From the IMG/VR virus record IMGVR_UViG_3300033145_003233, positions 1 through 64,000 of that record: a stretch of 64,000 bases of DNA, one strand, 5' to 3'. Within the stretch, counting starts at the first letter, position 1, and every line of letters starts with the position of its first letter. Positions 1 to 7,754 of this stretch are shown piece after piece. The position numbers and the translations under genes were made by a program. A model generated the notes under the pieces. It worked only from the letters and a program-made list of their open reading frames with translations. It was not told the origin of the DNA and searched no databases.

Positions 1-1293
1 ACAAATAACATTTGTAGGTGTTCCACCTGGAGTATCTAGACTACATAAAATAATATTACCTTCAGGAGCATCTTCCTGACAATAAGCTTTCTTACCATAT
101 GCAGAAACACCTGAAGTTCCTGACGAACCACTGCTACCAGAAGAACCACTACTACCAGATGTGCCAGAAGAACCTGATGTTCCACTACTACCTGAAGACC
201 CACTACTACCTGAAGAACCTGAGCTACCTGACGTTCCGCTACTACCTGAACTTCCAGAAGAACCACTACTACCTGACGAACCAGATGTTCCACTACTTCC
301 AGAGCTGCCTGACGAACCTGAGCTTCCGCTCGCTCCTTGTGCTCCTGACGAACCTGAACTTCCTGATGAACCTGAACTTCCTGAACTACCAGAGGTTCCA
401 CTACTCCCAGATGTGCCTGACGAACCACTACTACCAGAACTTCCACTACTACCCGATGTCCCCGAAGAACCTGAAGAACCGCTATCACCCTGCGCCCCTG
501 AAGAACCACTGCTGCCAGAGGAACCTGAAGAGCCTGAAGAACCGCTATCACCCTGCGCCCCAGAAGAACCACTACTGCCCGAAGAACCTGATGAACCGCT
601 ACTGCCCGATGTTCCTGAACTACCCGAAGAACCCGAACTTCCACTATCTCCTGCTGCCCCAGAAGAACCACTACTTCCCGATGAACCAGAGCTTCCACTA
701 CTACCAGAAGTTCCTGATGTACCTCCCCCACCGCCACCTGCTGAGATAGCAGTATCTGCATAATCTCCCACATACACATAGCAAGTAATTTTAAGACTAG
801 TTACACTAGCAAGTTCTCCAGAGCCAGGAACATGAGTAGTTTGAAGCATAACTATTCCAGCATAATAATCTACATCCCAAACCCCTGTAGTAGGACTAAT
901 TTCAGCATTATTCTGATCATATAATCTTGCCTGATATCCATATGAAGGAGCAGCAGTCGTAGAATGAGGAACATCTGTAGGAGCTATCCATGGTTTAATA
1001 AACACTCCTCCATCGCTCAAATACCAAGCCTCGCCATTACTACCACCTATTTCTGTCAAAGTAGCATGAACATATCTTTTCACAGAAGTAATGCTAGGAC
1101 TACCAGCTAATCCAACAGCCGTAGCTTCATCTACAGCATAATCTACAGTATCAGCCCATACATCACTTGTTCTTAATGAATGCGCAGATTTATACAATGC
1201 CTCATAGTTAGCCTGATTAGCCTCAGTATTAGTCTTGCTAAACGCATGAGCATAAGCTTTAGCTCTTTTAAATGCATCACTAGGTGTTGCCAT
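1..1293 (-). CDS. Virion fibre/structural protein with long Gly-Ser-Ser repeat tract; runs off the left edge (3' partial)
   Basis: Missed by the ORF track. ATG at 1293 (MATPSDAFKRAKAYAH...), open to position 1. About 210 codons of G-S/T-S triplets, then the AYCQEDAPEGNIILCSLDTPGG module shared with the upstream fibre gene. Confidence 0.85.
   Translation of the reverse strand, partial: MATPSDAFKRAKAYAHAFSKTNTEANQANYEALYKSAHSLRTSDVWADTVDYAVDEATAVGLAGSPSITSVKRYVHATLTEIGGSNGEAWYLSDGGVFIKPWIAPTDVPHSTTAAPSYGYQARLYDQNNAEISPTTGVWDVDYYAGIVMLQTTHVPGSGELASVTSLKITCYVYVGDYADTAISAGGGGGGTSGTSGSSGSSGSSGSSGSSGAAGDSGSSGSSGSSGTSGSSGSSGSSGSSGSSGAQGDSGSSGSSGSSGSSGSSGAQGDSGSSGSSGTSGSSGSSGSSGSSGTSGSSGTSGSSGSSGSSGSSGSSGAQGASGSSGSSGSSGSSGTSGSSGSSGSSGSSGSSGTSGSSGSSGSSGSSGSSGTSGSSGTSGSSGSSGSSGSSGTSGVSAYGKKAYCQEDAPEGNIILCSLDTPGGTPTNVIC
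107..735 (-). repeat. In-frame 9-bp-unit repeat coding (Gly-Ser/Thr-Ser)n
   Basis: Degenerate ccactacta/cctgaagaa units, Gly every third codon on the minus strand. Confidence 0.9.
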
Positions 1294-1466
1294 TATTTAC
1301 TCTCTAACTCACTTTCTGTATTATCTAAATAATTTTGTATAGCAACCCTCAATCTATTTAAATCATTTCTAGAAAAACAATATCCATCACTTTTTTCTTC
1401 TCTCTTAACAATCAACCAATGTTTATCAGACATGTCTGATTGTTTTATTTCAAATTGATAAATCAT
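1293..1466 (-). CDS. Small hypothetical protein, 57 aa (MIYQFEIKQSDMSDKHW...), between the two fibre genes
   Basis: Hand-translated; fills the gap, and its stop overlaps the next start (TAATG). Confidence 0.55.
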   Translation of the reverse strand: MIYQFEIKQSDMSDKHWLIVKREEKSDGYCFSRNDLNRLRVAIQNYLDNTESELESK

Positions 1467-1472
1467 AATATT

Positions 1473-4400
1473 TTAACTCCAAGTAGTAATTTCTATTTTA
1501 GCCATTTCTACACTGCTCGCATCGTGCATCGTAATCTTTAACCATATTCCCCATCCTGGCCCAGTTCCAACAGCAGTAAAACCTCCTGTTCCAAGGGTAA
1601 AATCTAAACTAGGCATAGTTGTCCCAGGATTAACCCTACATCCGTCTCCATTATTTAAAGCTCCCCCTCCATATAATTCGTTACAATTATACCAATCAGT
1701 TCCATCTAAACTAATTTCTATAATAACATCATCATCTGTTAAATTTTGTTCTGTAACTCCAGTAATATTAAATGTACCATTAGAATGAGCAGTCCCATTA
1801 TGCCACATCCCCCTATAAAAATATCTGTCATTTGCGAGAGAAGAATAATCTGGTTGACTACCAGAACTAGGTTCATAAGCTCCATAATTTACAGATGGAT
1901 AAAATAATTTTGTTCCCTCCCCCACTTGTAACCCCTGACCATCATCAGCAGAAGCTAAGCTAGCTGTGCTATCCCAAGGAGTAGATAAATCATCCTCTAA
2001 TCTCTCATCTTCACTTGTAAAATCTTCCACAATCGCCGTAGAATTATCATTATAAGTATCTATGATAATGGAAGCATTAGCAGAATTAGTATTAGCTCCA
2101 TATCCACTCCAATCCCGAGTATCTGCATATATATTTGCTGTAGTCGTCATAGTATATAGATTAGAACTGCTGATAGTTAAAGCAGCATTAGAATAAGAAG
2201 CATTAACATTATTATAAACATTCGTCCAACTTGTTAAATCTCCTCCAGTTATACTATCAGTAGATATTCCATACTCAGTACATACTAATCTAGCAAAAGT
2301 AGAAAGATAAGTATCTGAATTCATATAATCTAAATCAGCAATAGCCCCTGTAAAAGTGCTACCAGTATCATAATAATAAACGCCTGACTTACGCAAAATG
2401 ACAGGAGTATTCTCTGCTATAGTTACTCCAGATATTGCTTGAGCATTAGGCTCAAGGTCATAAAAAATATTATTTTGTGTATATGTTTGATCCCCATCTC
2501 CAGCATCATGATGGATAATCTCAACACTAAATCTGCCCGATTGTAAAGTATCAAGTATAGTGTCAATATTAAACGTCACTGTTATAATCCCCTTATATTG
2601 ATCAGTATCTGCTGCCCAACTAGTTACTTCTATTTGAATATTGTCTACTGTGACATCAGTATTCCCTGTAATAGCAGCAGTAGTATGAGTTGCTAAAGTA
2701 CTTACTCCATCAGCATCATATACATTAACTTCTATAGTCGTTGTAGAATTATCTTTAAAACTACATGTATTAGAATTAGAACTATAAACACAACTAGCGA
2801 CAGAAGCCCTGATAGCACTTACTGTATCTCCTCCCGACCAGCTTCCTATATTAAAAGGATTACCTTCACCAGTCGGAGCCGCCACAAGTCTGCTAGTTAC
2901 ATTCTTATCATCCACTCTACAATCATTCGTTCCATTATTATCATCAAAATTAGAGACATAAGATGGAGGAGGAACATACACATTTACTTCCCCACTTACA
3001 CAATCTTTTGCCTGAACTGTAGCTCCTTTAAAATTGATAGTAGTTACATTTCCACAAATTAAACTGCCCTCATCTTCTACATTTAAAGACCATCCTCCAA
3101 AATCATGCCCATGTAAGTCATCAGCATTATTAGAAGGGCCACCAACCAATCCCCAATATTGATCTGTATTTAAATGATAATATTCCCCAACCTCTCCTCC
3201 TTGAATACCCACTAGCTCACTATGATCTATAGTAGTATTAATCCATACCGAACCACTCCATTTTAAATATTCATTTGTTTGAAGGTCTATAAGAGAGACA
3301 TCATATAAATCTGACATATTTAAATAACTAGAAGTAAGATCGAATATAGTTGTGCAATAATAATTACCTCCTATTTCTACAATTGTTATTTCATCTCCAT
3401 CATATAGACGAGGGGTTGCCGCATTTAAATCTTCATCTACTGAAGGGTTACTTCCGACAATCAAACAAATAACATTTGCTGGAGTACCGTCTGGAGTATC
3501 TAAATTACATAAAATAACATTTCCTTCAGAAGCATCTTCCTGACAATAAGCTTTTCTACCAGAACCTGAACCGGAAGTGCCGGAACTACCAGCTGAACCA
3601 GAGCTACCTGAACTACCTGATGAACCTGAGCTACCCGAAGTTCCACTACTTCCTGAGCTACCAGAAGTTCCTGAGCTTCCTGAGCTACCACTACTACCTG
3701 ATGTACCGGAGCTACCACTACTACCTGATGAACCTGAGCTACCACTACTACCTGATGTACCGGAGCTACCACTACTACCTGATGTACCGGAGCTACCACT
3801 ACTACCTGATGTACCGGAGCTACCAGCCTCTCCTCCTCCAAACGGAACTCCATTTCCCCAGTATTCATCACAAACAGAAGGATTTCCTAAAACACTAGGA
3901 TTAGCAGGAGGAGTATCATTCCTAAAATATAATAGTCCATTATCAGTATCTAAAAAACTAAATCCTTCTAGTTCATCTATATAATCACAAAGTTCGTTAA
4001 CAGGGCCTTGTACGTCTACACTAAATGAAACACCATCTTGACCTGAGCTACCGGAGCTACCACTACTACCTGAGCTACCACTACTACCTGAGCTACCAGA
4101 GCTACCACTGCTACCTGATGTCCCTGCCGAAGGAATACTAAATATTGTCGTACAATAGTAAACGCTATTTATTTCTACAACTGTAATTTTATCACCATCA
4201 AACAAACGAGGTATAGCATTATTTAAATCTTCATCTACTGAAGGATTGTTACCTGCTATAAAACAAATAACATTTATAAGTGTTCCACCTGGAGTATCTA
4301 GACTACATAAAATAATATTACCTTCAGAAGCATCTTCCTGACAATAAGCCACAGTGCCGATGCCGCTGCCCGTACCCGAAGTCCCAGAAGAACCAGCACT

Positions 4401-5039
4401 TCCCGATGTCCCACTACTGCCAGCACTTCCACCAGCACCTGTCCCTGAATGAACGTGACAACAATCAGCATTACTACCATCAAGTAATTTTCTAAAATTA
4501 ACTATTATGAAAGGGTCTTCATCATCTATATGTTCTAAAAGAGTGTGTGCTTCATCGTGAGCTTTAGTAACAGTATCCTCAATTGTAGCTCCATCAGAAG
4601 ATACATCTGATAATTGATTAATGCTTCCATCTTTTCTTACATACTCATCTATCTCCAAACCATTAATAGCATTATCTATTCCGGTTTGTAATTCAGAATC
4701 TGTTATAAGAGTAGAATGAGTATGTAAACTATCTGCATCAGAGGAAGGTCCTATCGTTAGAATATCTAATCCGCTATGAGTATGAACCTCTAAAGCCCTA
4801 TCATCATGAGTATGCATATACCCAGTAGTAGATATTCTAGGAGGATCTGTTCCTACTCCAACTAGAAGATTTCTATAAACATCAGAAGCAGCCAACCTCT
4901 CAGGAGTGGTGTAGTCTAATGCTTCAATTGTTTCTCCTGGTTGTATCCACGACATCCCCGGTATATCAAAAATTCTTAATCTAACCGGAGAAACATTGGT
5001 TATTTCCCAAGATTCTCTCGGATGCTGAATGTCCGCCAT
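1473..5039 (-). CDS. Tail fibre-like virion protein, 1188 aa, with GSS repeats, HxH motifs and a twice-repeated ~70-aa module
   Basis: Three G-S-S tracts; HTH/HVH/HGH motifs typical of trimeric metal-binding fibre shafts; beta-rich C-terminal half. Confidence 0.75.
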   Translation of the reverse strand: MADIQHPRESWEITNVSPVRLRIFDIPGMSWIQPGETIEALDYTTPERLAASDVYRNLLVGVGTDPPRISTTGYMHTHDDRALEVHTHSGLDILTIGPSSDADSLHTHSTLITDSELQTGIDNAINGLEIDEYVRKDGSINQLSDVSSDGATIEDTVTKAHDEAHTLLEHIDDEDPFIIVNFRKLLDGSNADCCHVHSGTGAGGSAGSSGTSGSAGSSGTSGTGSGIGTVAYCQEDASEGNIILCSLDTPGGTLINVICFIAGNNPSVDEDLNNAIPRLFDGDKITVVEINSVYYCTTIFSIPSAGTSGSSGSSGSSGSSGSSGSSGSSGSSGQDGVSFSVDVQGPVNELCDYIDELEGFSFLDTDNGLLYFRNDTPPANPSVLGNPSVCDEYWGNGVPFGGGEAGSSGTSGSSGSSGTSGSSGSSGTSGSSGSSGSSGSSGSSGTSGSSGSSGSSGTSGSSGSSGTSGSSGSSGSSGSSGSAGSSGTSGSGSGRKAYCQEDASEGNVILCNLDTPDGTPANVICLIVGSNPSVDEDLNAATPRLYDGDEITIVEIGGNYYCTTIFDLTSSYLNMSDLYDVSLIDLQTNEYLKWSGSVWINTTIDHSELVGIQGGEVGEYYHLNTDQYWGLVGGPSNNADDLHGHDFGGWSLNVEDEGSLICGNVTTINFKGATVQAKDCVSGEVNVYVPPPSYVSNFDDNNGTNDCRVDDKNVTSRLVAAPTGEGNPFNIGSWSGGDTVSAIRASVASCVYSSNSNTCSFKDNSTTTIEVNVYDADGVSTLATHTTAAITGNTDVTVDNIQIEVTSWAADTDQYKGIITVTFNIDTILDTLQSGRFSVEIIHHDAGDGDQTYTQNNIFYDLEPNAQAISGVTIAENTPVILRKSGVYYYDTGSTFTGAIADLDYMNSDTYLSTFARLVCTEYGISTDSITGGDLTSWTNVYNNVNASYSNAALTISSSNLYTMTTTANIYADTRDWSGYGANTNSANASIIIDTYNDNSTAIVEDFTSEDERLEDDLSTPWDSTASLASADDGQGLQVGEGTKLFYPSVNYGAYEPSSGSQPDYSSLANDRYFYRGMWHNGTAHSNGTFNITGVTEQNLTDDDVIIEISLDGTDWYNCNELYGGGALNNGDGCRVNPGTTMPSLDFTLGTGGFTAVGTGPGWGIWLKITMHDASSVEMAKIEITTWS
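3570..3826 (-). repeat. In-frame (Gly-Ser/Thr-Ser)n tract; shorter tracts at about 4040-4125 and 4370-4440
   Basis: Tandem ctgatgtaccggagctaccactactac units within the 1188-aa ORF. Confidence 0.9.
4263..4349. repeat. 87-bp segment nearly identical to 1-87; third, more diverged copy at about 3464-3552
   Basis: Direct comparison: 3 mismatches in 87 nt between 1-87 and 4263-4349. Confidence 0.9.
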
Positions 5040-5112
5040 ATTTAAATTCTCTTATACATCTTAAGTTATCAGGTAATTAATTAATTTTCAGGTACTTAGT
5101 TATATCCTTTTT

Positions 5113-5139
5113 AATTCTATCTAAAATGGCTAAAACCTT
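5113..5139 (-). promoter_or_regulatory. Putative phage-sigma (late) promoter AAGGTTTT-N11-ATAGAATT upstream of the fibre operon
   Basis: 15-mer AATGGCTAAAACCTT (5125-5139) is identical to 37832-37846, also upstream of an operon start. Confidence 0.55.
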
Positions 5140-5162
5140 GTTTTTTCTAGGTTTGAAACAGG

Positions 5163-5193
5163 ATAAAAAAAACCGTGACTATGAATCACGGTT
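5163..5193 (-). terminator. Intrinsic terminator
   Basis: AACCGTGA/TCACGGTT stem followed by a T-run on the minus strand. Confidence 0.7.
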
Positions 5194-5270
5194 AGTAGAT
5201 AAATAAAAGACTCTTTCTTTCGAATATATTAAACTCGTTCAGTTATATAAATTTTCTAGTCTTCGTTCTA
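5165..5270 (-). ncRNA. Candidate ~105-nt small RNA between a TATAAT box and a terminator
   Basis: No ORF; TATAAT at 5273-5278; nested pairings GTAGA/TCTAC and AAGACT/AGTCTT. Confidence 0.3.
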
Positions 5271-5355
5271 CCTATTATACATTCAAAATAAAATGAAAAA
5301 TCCCTCTCTTTTTATTTAAAAATATATAAAAAAAATGTCTTTAAATAGCCATAAA

Positions 5356-5592
5356 TTATTGCCAATTTATACCAAGATCCATTACTACTTGCCTGATAGT
5401 TCTGGGATCAGTATCACCCCTATTATTGCCAAGAGGAACAGCAACACTTCTTCCACTAGGACCAACCCATATTTCATGAGATCCCTTCCCAGGTCTAACA
5501 AATTTAGCTCCTAGGCTCTTTAATTTTTTAATAACCTTTCTAATATTATAAACAGGAAGGCCTGCATAAAGATATTTTTTATACCAGTTCAT
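5356..5592 (-). CDS. hicA: HicA/YcfA-family mRNA interferase-like protein with MNWYKK leader
   Basis: KKLKSLGAKFVRPGKGSHEIWVGPSGRSVAVP matches the HicA GKGSH signature; no hicB nearby. Confidence 0.8.
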   Translation of the reverse strand: MNWYKKYLYAGLPVYNIRKVIKKLKSLGAKFVRPGKGSHEIWVGPSGRSVAVPLGNNRGDTDPRTIRQVVMDLGINWQ

Positions 5593-5595
5593 ATT

Positions 5596-5814
5596 CTAAG
5601 CCATAGAAGGTGTTAATAACTCTGTATTTTGCCATTTTTTATTTTCAGGAGTGCCAAAATTCATAAATCTCTCTATTAATTCTTTTTGCACTTCACTAGG
5701 ATGGGGCCTTCTTCCCAACTTCTTTTCTAATTGCCTAGTAACTTCTTTCCAAGTTCCATAGGAGAAATCAGCCCAATCAGCAGTTTTTATTATTATTCTA
5801 CTATACCAATTCAT
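5596..5814 (-). CDS. Hypothetical protein with MNWY leader
   Basis: MNWYSRIIIKTA start; in operon with hicA. Confidence 0.75.
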   Translation of the reverse strand: MNWYSRIIIKTADWADFSYGTWKEVTRQLEKKLGRRPHPSEVQKELIERFMNFGTPENKKWQNTELLTPSMA

Positions 5815-5865
5815 ATAATAATAATATTTCTACATTTTTTGACTTTTTCCTTTTTTTTTGGACAT

Positions 5866-5898
5866 AAAAAATAGCAGGACTATTACTAGTCCTGCTAT
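5866..5898 (-). terminator. Intrinsic terminator after the vWA gene
   Basis: Perfect 12-bp stem ATAGCAGGACTA/TAGTCCTGCTAT, 4-nt loop, T-run. Confidence 0.8.
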
Positions 5899-5947
5899 TC
5901 GGCCTACTGCACAACCCGTTTCCGAGTTCGAATCCCGCGTGCGAATT

Positions 5948-6586
5948 TTATGTCTTATCTTTATCCATAGCGGCTGTTCTGTCATCATCGGTGTAAGAAG
6001 CACTTCCTTTAGCCATATAGCATGTTGCATAACTTTTAACAGCACTCTTCATGCCCCGTACTCCTCCGGCAGAAGCTGCAAAATCAAGAGAATCACAAAC
6101 AGCAACTCCGAGACCACCGCCATCTTTAATAGCATCGCTATTGGCCCCGATAAAGGTAAATCCCCATCTGTTTTTCGTCTTCTTTTCTTCGATTAATTCG
6201 AAGACCTTATCTTTGGTGAATTCCCTACTTGAATTTTCCTCACCATCAGTAACGATAACAAACAAGACTCTTTCAGGTCTTTCATCCTCTTCTGCCGCAT
6301 CAAACTTTTCAGAGACGGCATTAATTGTTCTTCCGATCGCATCGAGCAGGGCCGTTGAGCCTCTGGGTTTTAACTCTATTTCGGAAACATCTGCAATAGG
6401 TGTGTCGCTGAAAACTTCTTCATACTGACTGTCAAAACGCACGAAAGTGACTAACATCTCTCCCTTATGCGTCTCTTTTTGATCCTTCAAAACTTCTTTT
6501 ATTGCTCCCGACATATCAGAAGCAATAGTGGACATCGACCCTGATCTATCCACGATAAAAACTAATTTTGCTAAACCTTGTTTCAT
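5948..6586 (-). CDS. von Willebrand factor A (vWA) domain protein
   Basis: MIDAS motifs DRSGSM, GSTALLDA, IVTDGEEN; strong AAGGAG Shine-Dalgarno. Confidence 0.9.
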   Translation of the reverse strand: MKQGLAKLVFIVDRSGSMSTIASDMSGAIKEVLKDQKETHKGEMLVTFVRFDSQYEEVFSDTPIADVSEIELKPRGSTALLDAIGRTINAVSEKFDAAEEDERPERVLFVIVTDGEENSSREFTKDKVFELIEEKKTKNRWGFTFIGANSDAIKDGGGLGVAVCDSLDFAASAGGVRGMKSAVKSYATCYMAKGSASYTDDDRTAAMDKDKT

Positions 6587-6672
6587 TTCAAATCTCCTTT
6601 ACTAACTCTAACTCTATACTAACACTAACTTTACATTAAAAACCATTCCACACGAATGGTCAATCTTTCCCT

Positions 6673-6700
6673 ATTATACCATAAATTTTTCACTTTTCAA
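6673..6700 (-). promoter_or_regulatory. sigma70-like promoter TTGAAA-AGTGA-N-TG-n-TATAAT (16-bp spacer)
   Basis: Same architecture at 6791-6818, 7755-7782 and 45496-45523. Confidence 0.7.
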
Positions 6701-6701
6701 G

Positions 6702-6740
6702 AAAAAAATAAAAAGGCAGAACCCAACGAATCCTGCCTTT
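6702..6740 (-). terminator. Intrinsic terminator
   Basis: AAAGGCAG/CTGCCTTT stem plus T-rich tail. Confidence 0.7.
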
Positions 6741-6788
6741 CTTCCCCGCCTCCATGTCCCCCCAGAAAACATATCTTCATTCTCCATG
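6702..6788 (-). ncRNA. Candidate GGA-rich small RNA (possible CsrA/RsmA sponge) or 29-aa micro-ORF
   Basis: Bounded by the promoter at 6791-6818 and the terminator at 6702-6740; ACATGGAG twice plus 3 more GGA. Confidence 0.35.
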
Positions 6789-6790
6789 TT

Positions 6791-6818
6791 ATTATACCAT
6801 TATTTTTTCACTTTACAA
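6791..6818 (-). promoter_or_regulatory. sigma70-like promoter TTGTAA-AGTGA...TGG-TATAAT
   Basis: Near-copy of the 6673-6700 promoter. Confidence 0.7.
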
Positions 6819-7568
6819 GTTTATTTTTAAAATATTTGACATTTCATTATAAAACCTGATATCATATTTATTCATTTGTCTTAATAACTTACGAACTTTT
6901 TTATCTTTCCATCCAACTCTAGGCTTATTCTTCGAAACATTACTCCTTTTTAGAGATTTTTTCTTCCATCCTAATTTATCACTTAATTTCTTAAAATCAT
7001 TAACATAATTCTCTTGAAAACCTACAAAATAATAATTATTCAAAAGATTGTACTTTGCTGCTTCATAAAATTTCTCCATTTCATCTTCAGAATATTTCTT
7101 TTTCCTTGAAGTGTAAATATATGTATATTTTATTCCTGGCACTCTAATAATATTAGAAAGATCTTCTAATCCCGATAGCATCTTTACCATTACATTACAA
7201 TGCATATCATTTTTTAAAACATAGCTCAAAAAAGAAATTATATTCCCCCTAGCTTTCTTTATCCATAATTCTCTGCGATAAGAGGTATTTGTAGTAAAAA
7301 TAGTTTTATTAAAAAAAGATTTCCATCTTGATATAGGATTTCTTAAAAAAGTAATATATTTAATATCTTTGGTATCTGGAAAATATTTATGACACCCATA
7401 AGCCACATGCCCTACAGCAAATTTATATTTGTCTGGATAAGAAGGAGGAGGATCACTGTATTCTTTCCTATGAAACCTTGTAACGGTTCTCTTTCTGCGA
7501 TATTCTTTATAAGAATATTCTATTAAAGCCCTACCACCTGTCCTCGGTATATGTGTGAAAATTATCAT
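6813..7568 (-). CDS. Sulfotransferase family (Sulfotransfer_2-like) protein
   Basis: 5'-PSB-like IFTHIPRTGG and 3'-PB-like FLRNPISRWKS motifs; terminal DIRFY motif. Confidence 0.75.
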   Translation of the reverse strand: MIIFTHIPRTGGRALIEYSYKEYRRKRTVTRFHRKEYSDPPPSYPDKYKFAVGHVAYGCHKYFPDTKDIKYITFLRNPISRWKSFFNKTIFTTNTSYRRELWIKKARGNIISFLSYVLKNDMHCNVMVKMLSGLEDLSNIIRVPGIKYTYIYTSRKKKYSEDEMEKFYEAAKYNLLNNYYFVGFQENYVNDFKKLSDKLGWKKKSLKRSNVSKNKPRVGWKDKKVRKLLRQMNKYDIRFYNEMSNILKINL

Positions 7569-7581
7569 AAAGACCTTTTAA

Positions 7582-7629
7582 ATAGTTACCATACAACTAT
7601 GAGAATTAAAAGATTTGTATGGTAACTAT
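7582..7629. repeat. Perfect 15-bp inverted repeat with 18-nt spacer in the sulfotransferase leader
   Basis: ATAGTTACCATACAA (7582-7596) / TTGTATGGTAACTAT (7615-7629). Confidence 0.85.
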
Positions 7630-7637
7630 ATATCGAC

Positions 7638-7668
7638 AAAAAAAGAGCAGAACCTAAATCCTGCTCTT
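7638..7668 (-). terminator. Intrinsic terminator
   Basis: AAGAGCAG/CTGCTCTT stem plus T7. Confidence 0.75.
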
Positions 7669-7748
7669 AGGGCCATAGTTGAATAAAAATTCAACTTGCC
7701 TCCACCAGATAGGTTAAGCCTATCACTCTATGAGTGTATTGGTATACA
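7638..7748 (-). ncRNA. Candidate ~110-nt multi-hairpin small RNA
   Basis: Promoter at 7755-7782; hairpins CACTC/GAGTG, GATAGG/CCTATC and AGTTGAAT/ATTCAACT, then terminator. Confidence 0.4.
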
Positions 7749-7754
7749 TACTAT

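Noticed and set aside
36-779. ORFs 36-779, 99-749 and 161-763 (PEEP/VVVL/NHYY-rich)
   Set aside because: Alternate-frame and antisense shadows of the GSS repeat in the real minus-strand gene 1-1293
107-3826. CRISPR array suggested by regular short repeats
   Set aside because: Units are multiples of 3 nt, in frame, without unique spacers; no cas genes. The same applies to 55530-57211.
1-4349. DGR template/variable repeat pair (1-87 vs 4263-4349, all differences A/G on plus)
   Set aside because: Only three transitions, at T on the coding strand, both copies inside ORFs, and no reverse transcriptase in the window
3500-4483. ORFs 3500-3871, 3577-3984, 3620-3898 and 4298-4483
   Set aside because: Shadows of GSS tracts inside the 1188-aa gene
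5900-5945. tRNA gene suggested by GTTCGAATCCC (also 37897-37911)
   Set aside because: T-stem does not fully pair and there is no acceptor, D or anticodon arm; kept only as a motif finding
5830-6428. ORFs 5830-6045, 5858-6196 and 6051-6428
   Set aside because: Overlap the motif-complete vWA gene and its terminator
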